Of a stretch of DNA of 56,294 nt, positions 45,484 to 54,513 are shown one piece after another. The DNA is from Bacilli bacterium (lineage in GTDB: Bacteria > Bacillota_I > Bacilli_A > RFN20 > CAG-826). A program made the position numbers and the translations under genes. The number at the start of each line of letters is the position of its first letter. The first letter of the stretch is position 1. The stretch covers positions 1-56,294 of the forward strand of contig JAFSPN010000025.1 of assembly GCA_017442875.1 (NCBI GenBank), in the 5' to 3' direction. Below the pieces are notes generated by a model that did no database searches, had not been told where the DNA came from, and saw only the letters and a program-made list of their open reading frames with translations.

Positions 45484-46197
45484 TTATTTCCTGCTTTCTT
45501 TGATTAGTTTTTTAACTTCTTTGAAATACGATTCAGGAATAATAGTTATTGAATCTCTATATTTATCAAAGTTAGTTATTCTATAAACTCTATGTTCGCG
45601 ATAAAAACGATCAAGATCATTTTCATCAACGCGAAGTTCTTCCCCTCTTTCAGATAACATATCTTTGAATTCAACATATTTAACTGCAGCAACTATACGT
45701 TCTGAATTCTGGTGTTTATCATATTCTTTTTCAAATAGTTCCATGGCTTTATTAACTTCATCAGGTACTGCCACTTTAAAGTCTTTTAAACCAACGACAT
45801 TGCAATGTGTTATATCAGCGTATTCACCACCTGGGTTGTTTGAGTAATGAAGCGCATCTTCAAAACTAGTGGTTACATATAAATCACCATATTGAAATAA
45901 ACTATCTGGTTTGGTTGTGCCTCTCGCAAGAGTTGGCCAACCAAAAGAAGTGTTATGACCATTCACTATTTTTGTTTGTAAATACTTTGTTAATTCTTCT
46001 TGTTTGAAATAGCCATTATTAAAAAGGTTATCTGTGAAAGTATTAATTACTTCAGCGGCATTGTAAAGAGCTTCTCTTTCTTCTTTAGAACATTCAAAAG
46101 AATATCTTCTTGTACCATGGAATAAGAAACCATAGAAAATATCTGTTCTATATATAGGTTCAGCACTTAATTGTTTTAAAAAATTATCATCAAACAT
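45484..46197 (-). CDS. hypothetical protein (237 aa) with weak H-Y-E ADP-ribosyltransferase-like motifs
   Basis: A GAGGG SD is present. FLFHGTRR and GDLYVTTSFEDALHYS resemble PARP-type motifs 1 and 2. The third (Glu) motif is not identifiable by eye. Confidence 0.45.
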   Translation of the reverse strand: MFDDNFLKQLSAEPIYRTDIFYGFLFHGTRRYSFECSKEEREALYNAAEVINTFTDNLFNNGYFKQEELTKYLQTKIVNGHNTSFGWPTLARGTTKPDSLFQYGDLYVTTSFEDALHYSNNPGGEYADITHCNVVGLKDFKVAVPDEVNKAMELFEKEYDKHQNSERIVAAVKYVEFKDMLSERGEELRVDENDLDRFYREHRVYRITNFDKYRDSITIIPESYFKEVKKLIKESRK

Positions 46198-46211
46198 AGA
46201 AATGCCCTCGT

Positions 46212-46766
46212 TTAATTAATAAACGTCTCTATTTTTAGGCCTACCCACGATAAGCCTTCATCAACATCTTCTTCGATAAAAACAGTATAAGATAAATAGA
46301 CGTTATCTTCATAGAGATAATATGTTGTGAAGTAATTAGAGGCTGAACTAATGTAGTAGTCAGGGCCTCTAATTTCTTTATACTCGCTAGGAACATATTG
46401 TTTCATCTCTTTCAAAACACCAATTTTATCAATCGTGTCATAACATCTACCCATTGTTAAATAGACAGTGGCGTCATAACTAATATCTGGTTCAGAGTCC
46501 CATAATAACGATGACACATACCTAATGGTTGATAAAGGACACCACTTCCCATAAGTAATGATTTGATCGCCACAACTGCATGAATAAGAAGCAACACTGA
46601 CGCTATCTTCTTTCGCGGGAGCAAAAGAATAAATGTAATGATGTTCATGAGTATGTACGGAAGTAGAAATATCACTAGATGTTGAACTTGAAGGAATAGG
46701 ATTGGTTTGTGAACAACCGCCCAAAAGTAAGAATGAGGTAAAGAAAAAAGTAAAAAGTCGTTTCAT
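46212..46766 (-). CDS. lipoprotein, function unknown
   Basis: The signal peptide carries the lipobox LLLGGC and is followed by a Ser-rich linker. Confidence 0.65.
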   Translation of the reverse strand: MKRLFTFFFTSFLLLGGCSQTNPIPSSSTSSDISTSVHTHEHHYIYSFAPAKEDSVSVASYSCSCGDQIITYGKWCPLSTIRYVSSLLWDSEPDISYDATVYLTMGRCYDTIDKIGVLKEMKQYVPSEYKEIRGPDYYISSASNYFTTYYLYEDNVYLSYTVFIEEDVDEGLSWVGLKIETFIN

Positions 46767-47003
46767 GCTTCGAATTATAAAACAGGTGAAATGACAAATA
46801 ACGGTTATTTAATATTTGTTCACGAAGATGCACAAAAACCACTTAAAGAAAAAATGTCATCAAGGATATATTCAATACTAAATAGGGACATCTTTTAGCG
46901 ATATAATCTTTAATAACGGTTTTGGTAATCATATTGTTCGTTTTTATTTTAGCGGTATTCGCTTAAATAATAAACGATATATAATTGACTTGAGGAATTA
47001 GTT

Positions 47004-47507
47004 ATGGACATAGAACAAGGCAACAAAGAGTTTTTAGATAAACTAGAAAAAGATGAAGCATTAAGAAATAGAAGAGATGAACTAGTTAAAGGGCAACATC
47101 CAGAAACATTAGTCATCACTTGTTCTGATTCTAGAGTTATACCAGAATTAATATTTAACTCTTCATTGGGGGATCTATTTGTCATAAGAACCGCAGGTAA
47201 TGTTATTAATGAAGGCGAATTAGCCACAGTAGAATACGCGATTGAGCATTTAAAAGTTAAGCACATTATTGTTTTGGGTCATACACATTGTGGAGCGGTA
47301 CGCGCTGCGATCAATAATGAAAAAGGTCAATACCTAGATCCAATATTAAAAAGGATTAGAAGAAATATCGGTGACGTACCCAATGAATTAATCGCCACCA
47401 CGATGAACGCTATCGCAGAAAAAGACTATTTAAAAGAAAAGTTCCCTCAATATGAAGGAACGATTGAATATAAGATATACGATATAGAAAACTCAGTTGT
47501 GTTTTAA
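47004..47507 (+). CDS. beta-class carbonic anhydrase
   Basis: The zinc-ligand motifs are ITCSDSRV and GHTHCGAV. A GAGGA SD is present. Confidence 0.85.
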   Translation: MDIEQGNKEFLDKLEKDEALRNRRDELVKGQHPETLVITCSDSRVIPELIFNSSLGDLFVIRTAGNVINEGELATVEYAIEHLKVKHIIVLGHTHCGAVRAAINNEKGQYLDPILKRIRRNIGDVPNELIATTMNAIAEKDYLKEKFPQYEGTIEYKIYDIENSVVF

Positions 47508-47515
47508 TTTATAAC

Positions 47516-48133
47516 TTATTTAATAAAATGAGTAAACTTAACGTCTTCTTTTATAGGAAGACCATACTTATCTTTCGCGTCTTTAATAGCCTTCATTAAG
47601 AAAACCATATTACGGGCTACCACTCTCGCGTTTTGTAAACCTTCTTCATCTTTTTCAATTTGGCCTTGTTCTCTACCAAAGCCGTTATTCCAATATCTAC
47701 CAGATGCGATAGGCATTTGGTTAATGGTGAAATATTTATTTAATTCATCAAATGTCGCTACTGTACCCGCGCGTCTAGCGATAGCGAACGCTGCACCCAC
47801 TTTAAAGCGTTTATCAAAATGTGAACTATAAAATAATCGATCTAGTAAAGAGACAACTGATCCATTCGCTGAACCATAATAAACAGGAGATAAAATAACC
47901 AAACCATCAGATGATTCAAATCTCTTGTTTAATTCATTCACGTCATCCTTAAATACGCATTCTCCGTGTTCGTGGCAATACCCACACGCCATACAGCCTC
48001 TTATAGCTTTAGGCCCTATTTGATAGTTATCTACTTCAACACCTTCATTATTAAAGATGTTTATCGTCTCGTTAACTAATTTAGATGAATTACCGTTTAA
48101 ACGCGGACTACCATTGATTATTAATACTTTCAT
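47516..48133 (-). CDS. flavodoxin-like NAD(P)H-dependent FMN reductase / iron-sulfur flavoprotein (Isf-like)
   Basis: The N-terminus reads MKVLIINGSPRLNGNS. A compact Cys cluster CMACGYCHEHGEC (C-x2-C-x2-C-x5-C) is present. Confidence 0.75.
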   Translation of the reverse strand: MKVLIINGSPRLNGNSSKLVNETINIFNNEGVEVDNYQIGPKAIRGCMACGYCHEHGECVFKDDVNELNKRFESSDGLVILSPVYYGSANGSVVSLLDRLFYSSHFDKRFKVGAAFAIARRAGTVATFDELNKYFTINQMPIASGRYWNNGFGREQGQIEKDEEGLQNARVVARNMVFLMKAIKDAKDKYGLPIKEDVKFTHFIK

Positions 48134-48240
48134 ATACTATTAGTTCCTTTATTAATTTGATTATGACATTTTTTGTTTTGAAAAACATATCTAATTATTT
48201 AGATAGAAAACAATATTTAGATAATCTATTATTTTGATAT

Positions 48241-49038
48241 ATGGGCAATATATTAATTACTGGTGTATCTGGTGGTATGGGCTTAGCCACCGCGAAAAGA
48301 TATATAAATAATGGTTATAAAGTCTATGGTTTAGATATAAAGGAACCTAATGAACCATTAGGGGACCACTTTAGTTTTATCAAAACTGATTTAACTAATA
48401 TTAATGAAGTATATAAAGCCTATAACTATATATCTAAAGAAATCGATCGTTTAGATAATATTATTACCTTATCAGGTATATATAACTTAGACTCTTTAGT
48501 GGAAATTGATGAAAAGGAATTCATCAGAATATTTGATATCAATGTCTTTGCTATCTATAGAGTTAATAAGGTATTTTTACCTCTATTAGATAAACATTCT
48601 AAAATCATCATGATATCTAGTGAATTAGCCCCATTAGATCCTTTACCGTTTACTGGTTTATACGGCATTACTAAATCCACATTAGAAAAATATGCCTATT
48701 CATTAAGAATGGAATTACAAGTATTTGGTATCAAAGTCGTTATCGTTAGACCGGGAGCGGTTAAGACAACCTTATTAGATGATTCAATGAATTCAATTAA
48801 TCGATTTGTCGATAATACTAAACTATATAAAACAAACTCGATTAAATTTAAAAAGATTACTGAAAGTGTCGAAAATAAAAATATCACTCCTGATAAGATT
48901 GCCTATCTCATCTATAAGATTAGTCAAAAGAAAAGAGTGAGATATGTCTATAACATCAATAGGAACTTATTATTAACATTATTAAACATTCTCCCTCAAA
49001 GGATGCAAAATAGGATTATTTATAAGATCATTAAATAG
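48241..49038 (+). CDS. short-chain dehydrogenase/reductase (SDR)
   Basis: The nucleotide-binding motif is TGVSGGMGLA (TGxxxGxG). The catalytic motif is YGITK (YxxxK), preceded by ISS. Confidence 0.85.
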   Translation: MGNILITGVSGGMGLATAKRYINNGYKVYGLDIKEPNEPLGDHFSFIKTDLTNINEVYKAYNYISKEIDRLDNIITLSGIYNLDSLVEIDEKEFIRIFDINVFAIYRVNKVFLPLLDKHSKIIMISSELAPLDPLPFTGLYGITKSTLEKYAYSLRMELQVFGIKVVIVRPGAVKTTLLDDSMNSINRFVDNTKLYKTNSIKFKKITESVENKNITPDKIAYLIYKISQKKRVRYVYNINRNLLLTLLNILPQRMQNRIIYKIIK

Positions 49039-49043
49039 AGAAA

Positions 49044-49075
49044 ACACCAGGGTTCATTCCCTGGTGTATTTCTAA
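49044..49075. terminator. bidirectional intrinsic terminator between the SDR and aquaporin genes
   Basis: ACACCAGGG-ttcatt-CCCTGGTGT forms a perfect 9-bp stem with a T-rich 3' flank. Confidence 0.75.
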
Positions 49076-49090
49076 TTATAATTTTTCAAA

Positions 49091-49819
49091 TTATTCCGCT
49101 GGTTGATTCGCTTCTTTTTTGCCTTGAATAAATTTCCAAGTGAGGGCTGCTAAAGCAGCACCGATGAATGGGCCAATGACACAAGCGATCATGGTTAAGG
49201 CATCAATCTTAACAGCGTCACCACCATTGAACATATGTAACACTAAAGCGGATAATGCTCTCGCTGGGTTAACGGATGTACCAGTTAATGGAATACCTAA
49301 TAAATGAACACCAAATAAGGCTAAGCCAATAACGATACCAGCAATGCCGCCCCATTCTTTCTTAGATGTGACACCTAATACAGCGATAAGGAATAAGAAT
49401 GTTAAAACGATTTCGGCCAATAAACCTAACATGACGTGACCGAAGTTAACTTCGCTTGCACCTGTAAAGATTACAAAGCTAGCAATGCTATTACTACCAG
49501 TGGCTTTAACGCCCCAGAATAATAACGCTAATAAGCCACTTCCTATAAAAGCGCCAACGACTTGGGCTAAGCAATATAAGAAGAATTCTTTCCAAGAAAT
49601 GTCCCCTCTAATTGCCATCGCCAAAGAAACTGCTGGATTAGCGTGACCACCAGATATTTGGCCAACTGAATAGGCTAAAACAATAATGGATAAACCAAAT
49701 GCCGCTGCGGTAGCAACAATACCACCTGTATCAGCACATCCTACCCCAATTGCGACACCACAACCAATTAATACTAGAAACATTGTGGCAAAACATTCTG
49801 CAATTAATTTTTTAAACAT
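49091..49819 (-). CDS. MIP-family channel (aquaporin/glycerol facilitator)
   Basis: It has six TM helices and two NPA boxes (HANPAVS and SVNPARA). Confidence 0.9.
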   Translation of the reverse strand: MFKKLIAECFATMFLVLIGCGVAIGVGCADTGGIVATAAAFGLSIIVLAYSVGQISGGHANPAVSLAMAIRGDISWKEFFLYCLAQVVGAFIGSGLLALLFWGVKATGSNSIASFVIFTGASEVNFGHVMLGLLAEIVLTFLFLIAVLGVTSKKEWGGIAGIVIGLALFGVHLLGIPLTGTSVNPARALSALVLHMFNGGDAVKIDALTMIACVIGPFIGAALAALTWKFIQGKKEANQPAE

Positions 49820-50155
49820 AATGTATGAACTCCTTTTGCTTAATTAGTATACCACTAATAAACGCACGGGGTCATTTATTTAATGGTTTTTCACAGTGCT
49901 TTTTATTGAAAATGCTTTAAGTATTCAACAAAGTAATTCTCAATAAATAACTATTATTTAATGACACAAACATATTTCCTGATACAGGGTGATTCTTGTC
50001 TTGGTTTATAATACAACTATGTATTATAAAAGTTGCAATCAATCGTTACTTTTTTTAGCTTCTTTAAGCATTGTTTCACAAATCGATTTGTCATTAATTC
50101 TCATTATGGAAGTTTTGCTATTAATTCATCTTTATTATTCATATCAAAAAAACAG

Positions 50156-51478
50156 CTATAAAAACATAATTAAATAAATAGGTAGAGTTACAAGATTATT
50201 TTCTTTTTTTACTATGTTCTTATTCCCAAAAACAAATCCAAAAGGAATTTTATAATTACCATTAGGATCCACTAGTTTAGGAATTGCTCTAAAATTCGTC
50301 TGATCTTTTCCTGACTTTATTTCAATAGGCAAAATAGAAAGATTGTCGTAATCATTGATTAAGAAATCAACCTCACCAACTTTTTTACTATCAAAATAAT
50401 ATAGTTCATGACCGTGAGCGATTAATTCCATTGCCGCTGCAGTTTCATACACAGAGCCTAAATTAACTCCTTTATCTTGGTTTAAAATCGCATCAATGCT
50501 ATTTTTGTATAACACATTAGTTAATATGCCAACATCGTTATAATAAAGCTTAATAAGATTCTTGCTACTAGATTCCGTTAAAGGAAATACAGGATTGCTA
50601 ATTGCTTTGACTGCATGAGCAACACCCGAAGACACTAGGTAATCAAATTCATCTTCGTATTTATTAAGGGTGTCTTTTTTATTATCATCAATTTTATTTG
50701 CTTGAATTCTTTTAACGTTGTTTCCCATTCGGGAAGCCATCATTTCATAAATTCTAGTTATTTTTAATTTGTGCTCTAAATCATATTGCGAGCAGTCGTC
50801 TTTATAATAAGTGTACGTTAATGAATGTACTCCTCTCATTTCCATGACATTTTTATTGGCCACAAATTGTTTTACTGCATCAGGAAGGCCGCCAGAAAGA
50901 AGATACTCTTTAAATCTCGAAAGGAGAACCGAATGAACAACATCAGTGATGGGTTCTAATTTATCAAAGCATTTTTTGACGTATTCAATCACATCCTTGC
51001 CAACATGACTTGCCCATAAAAACTCCTCAAAATCCATAGGAAACATTTTGACTTCTTTAATTGAACCCATTGGAATAAATGTATGCTTAAGCGTAACACC
51101 AAGAAGAGAACCACTAACTATATAAGAATACTTTTTCTCTTTATTAAGTGGTTTTAACATCGATATCAAATGCGGGTATACCTGGATTTCATCTAAAAAG
51201 ATAATCGTGTCTTCTCTTGTGCCTAGTTTGTCGCCAAAAAGTGATGATACCGCAAGATAGAACTTATCGGCGGTATTAACTTTAGCGTGTTCAAAATTTC
51301 TTTCGCCATCAAAATCATCTTTGAGGTTTATTTCAATGTAGTTTTTGAATTTTGCTTTAGCTAGTTTATTGATGATATATGTTTTTCCAATTTGTCTAGC
51401 GCCCTCAATAATGAGTATTGTTTCTTTGTCACTATCCAAATATTCATTGATTGTTGTTTCAATTTTTCTTTTAAACAT
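50156..51478 (-). CDS. AAA-type ATPase with DUF4143-like C-terminal domain
   Basis: Walker A is GARQIGKT and Walker B is IIFLDEIQ. The C-terminal segment EVDFLI...PIEIKSG is PD-(D/E)XK-like and typical of AAA_14/DUF4143 proteins. A GGAGGA SD is present. Confidence 0.8.
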   Translation of the reverse strand: MFKRKIETTINEYLDSDKETILIIEGARQIGKTYIINKLAKAKFKNYIEINLKDDFDGERNFEHAKVNTADKFYLAVSSLFGDKLGTREDTIIFLDEIQVYPHLISMLKPLNKEKKYSYIVSGSLLGVTLKHTFIPMGSIKEVKMFPMDFEEFLWASHVGKDVIEYVKKCFDKLEPITDVVHSVLLSRFKEYLLSGGLPDAVKQFVANKNVMEMRGVHSLTYTYYKDDCSQYDLEHKLKITRIYEMMASRMGNNVKRIQANKIDDNKKDTLNKYEDEFDYLVSSGVAHAVKAISNPVFPLTESSSKNLIKLYYNDVGILTNVLYKNSIDAILNQDKGVNLGSVYETAAAMELIAHGHELYYFDSKKVGEVDFLINDYDNLSILPIEIKSGKDQTNFRAIPKLVDPNGNYKIPFGFVFGNKNIVKKENNLVTLPIYLIMFL

Positions 51479-51498
51479 CGTTTAATCCTCCAGTAATG

Positions 51499-51577
51499 GG
51501 ATTTTTCCAATTAAATTATGTCACGATATTAGGATTTTTCCAATACTTTTTAACGCAGAATACAGTATTTTTCCAAT
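51499..51577 (-). repeat. three direct 13-bp repeats phased at exactly 33 bp in the ATPase promoter region
   Basis: GGATTTTTCCAAT occurs at 51499 and at 51532, and GTATTTTTCCAAT at 51565. On the coding strand this reads ATTGGAAAAAT(C/A)C. The middle copy supplies a TTGGAA -35 element 17 nt from CATAAT. Confidence 0.75.
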
Positions 51578-51948
51578 CATCCATCTCTTCAAAAAGTTAT
51601 AATTGAAAAACTCAAAATAGCGCATTGTTATCACCTATTCAACTTAGTATTAATTGATTATTATATTTATATAATAAATGCAACGAAATTTGCATCTTTT
51701 GACCATATCCTATTCCCTGATATGGGGTGTCAGTAAATGTTTATGGGTAGATGCCCGTAAAGGTAGAGACATAAAAATGATATAACTTTAGTATTATGTT
51801 GGGTCATATTGCCCACGAAAAGATGAATTTCTATATATTGAAGTTGAGATGGTTGAAGAAACATGTTCTCTTAGCACCATTATCCTTAACAGAATAAAGT
51901 TCGTTTCTATAATAGCATTCGACTTCTTTGTCAAAAATATCTATTATT

Positions 51949-52368
51949 CTATTCATCTTTCTTTCCAGCTTTTTTCTTTTTACTGAGAATGTAATTCACA
52001 ACAAAGAAAATAATTATTCCTGTCATAATTATTCCCATCACTATTCCAATAACCATAATATATGTTTCTATAGTCCATACGAGGTATGCTAGTGCAAAAG
52101 CAATTAAAGTTGAAACAATGAAATAGACAATTCTCATTACTTTGCTATTGAACCATCCCAAGGCAGTAAATAAAACGTCTACTAATCCATAGGAAATTAA
52201 AAAAGTTAAAACTCTAACAATAATGCCACCAGCAATCGAGGTTTCAGGAGCAGAGTATTGCAATGTGAAAAGCCATGCAAAAAATCTAATAATATTTGCA
52301 AAAGCTCCACTACATAAAAGGAGTAACAAAACTATAGACGAAATTATTCCAGCTATTTCTTTTTTCAT
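51949..52368 (-). CDS. small four-TM membrane protein with a basic C-terminal tail
   Basis: I preferred the start at M22 of the track ORF (MKKEIAG...), which avoids a 47-nt overlap with the upstream gene. No clear SD is present. Confidence 0.45.
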   Translation of the reverse strand: MKKEIAGIISSIVLLLLLCSGAFANIIRFFAWLFTLQYSAPETSIAGGIIVRVLTFLISYGLVDVLFTALGWFNSKVMRIVYFIVSTLIAFALAYLVWTIETYIMVIGIVMGIIMTGIIIFFVVNYILSKKKKAGKKDE

Positions 52369-52384
52369 AAATATTGAGCGTATA

Positions 52385-53452
52385 TTATTTAAAATCTGGA
52401 GGAACCAAACCAAGTTTATTGATGGATTCAAAAGCGTTACTTAAACTCTCATGGACGCTTCTCACATCATCAAAATCCCATAAAACCAGATCAAAGTTTT
52501 TTAACGGAGCAACTTCTTCTTTTATTTTTTGAAGCTGCTTAGAATCAGAAACGGCTATTAATCTTTGGACAGCTTGGTTGTAGCTTGCTTTCTGCAAATT
52601 TAAGATAAGACTATCAATCGCGCCTTTGGACTGCACTTCAAAAACATACATGATCATTCCCATGTTTCCAATTCTTACCTTCCATATGGCATCAACAACA
52701 GCTCCAGCAGCAACCTTAATTTCTTTTTCTGATTCAAATCCAAGGCAGGAACCAATATCAACTATCATATCTATGATTTCAGTATGAAGCGACTTTGTAA
52801 TTGATTTGTCCGAATCTTTTTTGGCAATCTCTTCAGTTAGAATTTCTTTGCTTTTTGCAATGTCCCAAAGAAGATAATCGACCGATGATAAGTTTTCAAC
52901 TGTTAAGCCGTTGGCTTTCATGACCTCAGAAATCGATTTAACATAACCGCATATTTCAAGATACTTCTTGCCGTTCATTTGATCTCTTACTCTGGTCATA
53001 TTAGGCACTTCTAAAATATCTAGAGCTTTAACAACTTGACTATTCGCGATTGCATAATCGTTTGGATAGAAATAACTAAGCATTTCACTTAGATATGATG
53101 AACCGAACATAGATACTTCTTTTCTAAAAGCATCCCATCTTTCATCAACTGATTCTTTTCCATATATAAAGTTCGCAAGTTTTTTCCCGAGGTATTTCAG
53201 ATCGTTCTTGTTTGCAGCTATAATTCTATCAACTAAATATTTTTTGTTTCCATACATCGAGGAAGCCCACAAAGTTCCAATAAATGAGGTAAAATCTTCA
53301 TAAGAAATATTGCTTAGTTTTTCCTTAGAAAATGATTGATAAAAATCTATCCGCTTTTTTCTTTCGTTAATGTCATCAGATTCGTTATATACAGTACCGA
53401 TGAATTGTTTTTTGTATAAATCAATATACTTGTTAAGTTTGGCAATATTCAT
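52385..53452 (-). CDS. hypothetical protein with a restriction-endonuclease-like C-terminal motif
   Basis: A GAGG SD is present. The C-terminal segment VVDAIWKVRIGNMGMIMYVFEVQSKG fits a D...E-x-Q/K PD-(D/E)XK core. The N-terminal helical domain is not assigned. Confidence 0.4.
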   Translation of the reverse strand: MNIAKLNKYIDLYKKQFIGTVYNESDDINERKKRIDFYQSFSKEKLSNISYEDFTSFIGTLWASSMYGNKKYLVDRIIAANKNDLKYLGKKLANFIYGKESVDERWDAFRKEVSMFGSSYLSEMLSYFYPNDYAIANSQVVKALDILEVPNMTRVRDQMNGKKYLEICGYVKSISEVMKANGLTVENLSSVDYLLWDIAKSKEILTEEIAKKDSDKSITKSLHTEIIDMIVDIGSCLGFESEKEIKVAAGAVVDAIWKVRIGNMGMIMYVFEVQSKGAIDSLILNLQKASYNQAVQRLIAVSDSKQLQKIKEEVAPLKNFDLVLWDFDDVRSVHESLSNAFESINKLGLVPPDFK

Positions 53453-53514
53453 AAAGCACCTCGACTATTTTTAAATTATATCAGCCAAGCTCCTCTTTTA
53501 ACATGCCAACGTTT

Positions 53515-54429
53515 TTACAAAATATCCTTAAGCATTTTTTCAATGCATCTCTTTTTCTCTGCATTATCTGGATGAACATATAAATTCATTGTTGTTGTTA
53601 TATTTGAATGTCCAAGAATAACACTTACTGTTTTAACGCTATTTTTAGATTCTATACATCTTGTTGCAAAGCTGTGTCTTAATCCATGAAATTTCAAATA
53701 TGGGATATTTAATTGTTTTAAAACTTTTTTGTAATAGTTTCTATATGTTCTAGGCTCGATTGGTTTTTCATCATTGCTTAGAACATAGAACTCAGGATTA
53801 ACAACCTTCATTAGGGGTTTAATGACTTTTAATAATTCTGATGATAAAGGAATATCCCTATTTGATTCCTTTGTTTTGGGTTCATTCACCACTATCTTTG
53901 TATAGCGGATTTCTTCATCAACAACATAAATTCTTTGAACGGTATGTCTTACTTTGACCACATTATTATCCATGTCAAAGCTGCTCCATTTAAGTGCGCA
54001 TAGCTCTCCTATTCTCATGCCTGTGCATAAACAAATAACTATGCCAAGATTCCTAAAAGAAAAATTAGCTTTTAGATACTCAAATAATGTTTTTTGATTG
54101 TCTTTAGACATTATTTCTAGTTCTCTTTTTGATGATTTGGTTGGAAAAATCACATCAATTTGATTTAGATTCATTAATTTGTTTTTGGCGCCAAACTTTT
54201 GAATCATCTTAATTACAACAATAATATCTTTAATTGTTTTTTCACTAAGACCGTTTGCCAGTGAATCAAGCACGAACTGTTGAACATCTGCCTCAGTGAA
54301 TTCTCCCTTATCACCAAAATAAGGGACTATGTGATTCGTTAATAATAAACAATAGGCAGAATATGTTGATTCTTTAACGAATTGTTTTTTGTTATCTTTC
54401 CACAAGATAGCAATATCTTTAATGACCAT
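53515..54429 (-). CDS. tyrosine site-specific recombinase (phage-integrase/Xer family)
   Basis: The catalytic motifs are GMRIGE (Arg), HGLRHSFAT (H-x-x-R) and LGHSNITTTMNLYVH (His...Tyr). A GGAGGA SD is present. Confidence 0.9.
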   Translation of the reverse strand: MVIKDIAILWKDNKKQFVKESTYSAYCLLLTNHIVPYFGDKGEFTEADVQQFVLDSLANGLSEKTIKDIIVVIKMIQKFGAKNKLMNLNQIDVIFPTKSSKRELEIMSKDNQKTLFEYLKANFSFRNLGIVICLCTGMRIGELCALKWSSFDMDNNVVKVRHTVQRIYVVDEEIRYTKIVVNEPKTKESNRDIPLSSELLKVIKPLMKVVNPEFYVLSNDEKPIEPRTYRNYYKKVLKQLNIPYLKFHGLRHSFATRCIESKNSVKTVSVILGHSNITTTMNLYVHPDNAEKKRCIEKMLKDIL

Positions 54430-54513
54430 AATTATTTTTCCTCCTTATATAGTCCCCATATTCTAAAAACATAGGAAAAATATAAGAAAACTTAGTTCAT
54501 TAATGTTCCTAAT

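Noticed and set aside
34642-46766. Possible prophage, suggested by the HNH gene, the regulator, many small hypothetical genes and the minus-strand gene train.
   Set aside because: No terminase, portal, capsid, tail, holin/lysin or integrase genes were found, and no att-like flanking repeats. The region is better described as a defence or variable island.
23369-50177. Further nested or intergenic short track ORFs. Examples are 23369-23581, 24056-24292, 24821-25021, 25958-26149, 26548-26751, 27205-27486, 27708-27998, 28502-28702, 28680-28907, 29154-29384, 32049-32246, 32518-32739, 33736-33945, 34967-35149, 40310-40546, 40380-40649, 41063-41521, 41809-42015, 42430-42639, 44256-45239 (several), 45665-45847, 46457-46675, 46949-47266, 48696-48887 and 49989-50177.
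   Set aside because: The same reasoning applies. They overlap well-supported genes or sit in leaders and promoters, and have no SD and no motifs. The ORF at 34967-35149 coincides with the structured leader and operator region.
49966-51735. Near-repeat TATT(T/C)CCTGATA(CA/TG)GGGTG at about 49972-49992 and 51708-51728, flanking the DUF4143 ATPase gene. It might be an att-like direct repeat.
   Set aside because: It matches only 17 of 20 positions. A rough estimate gives tens of such pairs by chance in a 56-kb window, and there is no integrase inside the interval.
51828-51953. A 41-codon minus-strand ORF (MNRIIDIFDKEVECYYRNELYSVKDNGAKRTCFFNHLNFNI*) overlapping the stop of the membrane-protein gene. 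It might be the N-terminal stub of a homing-endonuclease-like gene.
   Set aside because: It is too short, has no SD, and the resemblance to NUMOD-type N-termini is only impressionistic. I could not support it.
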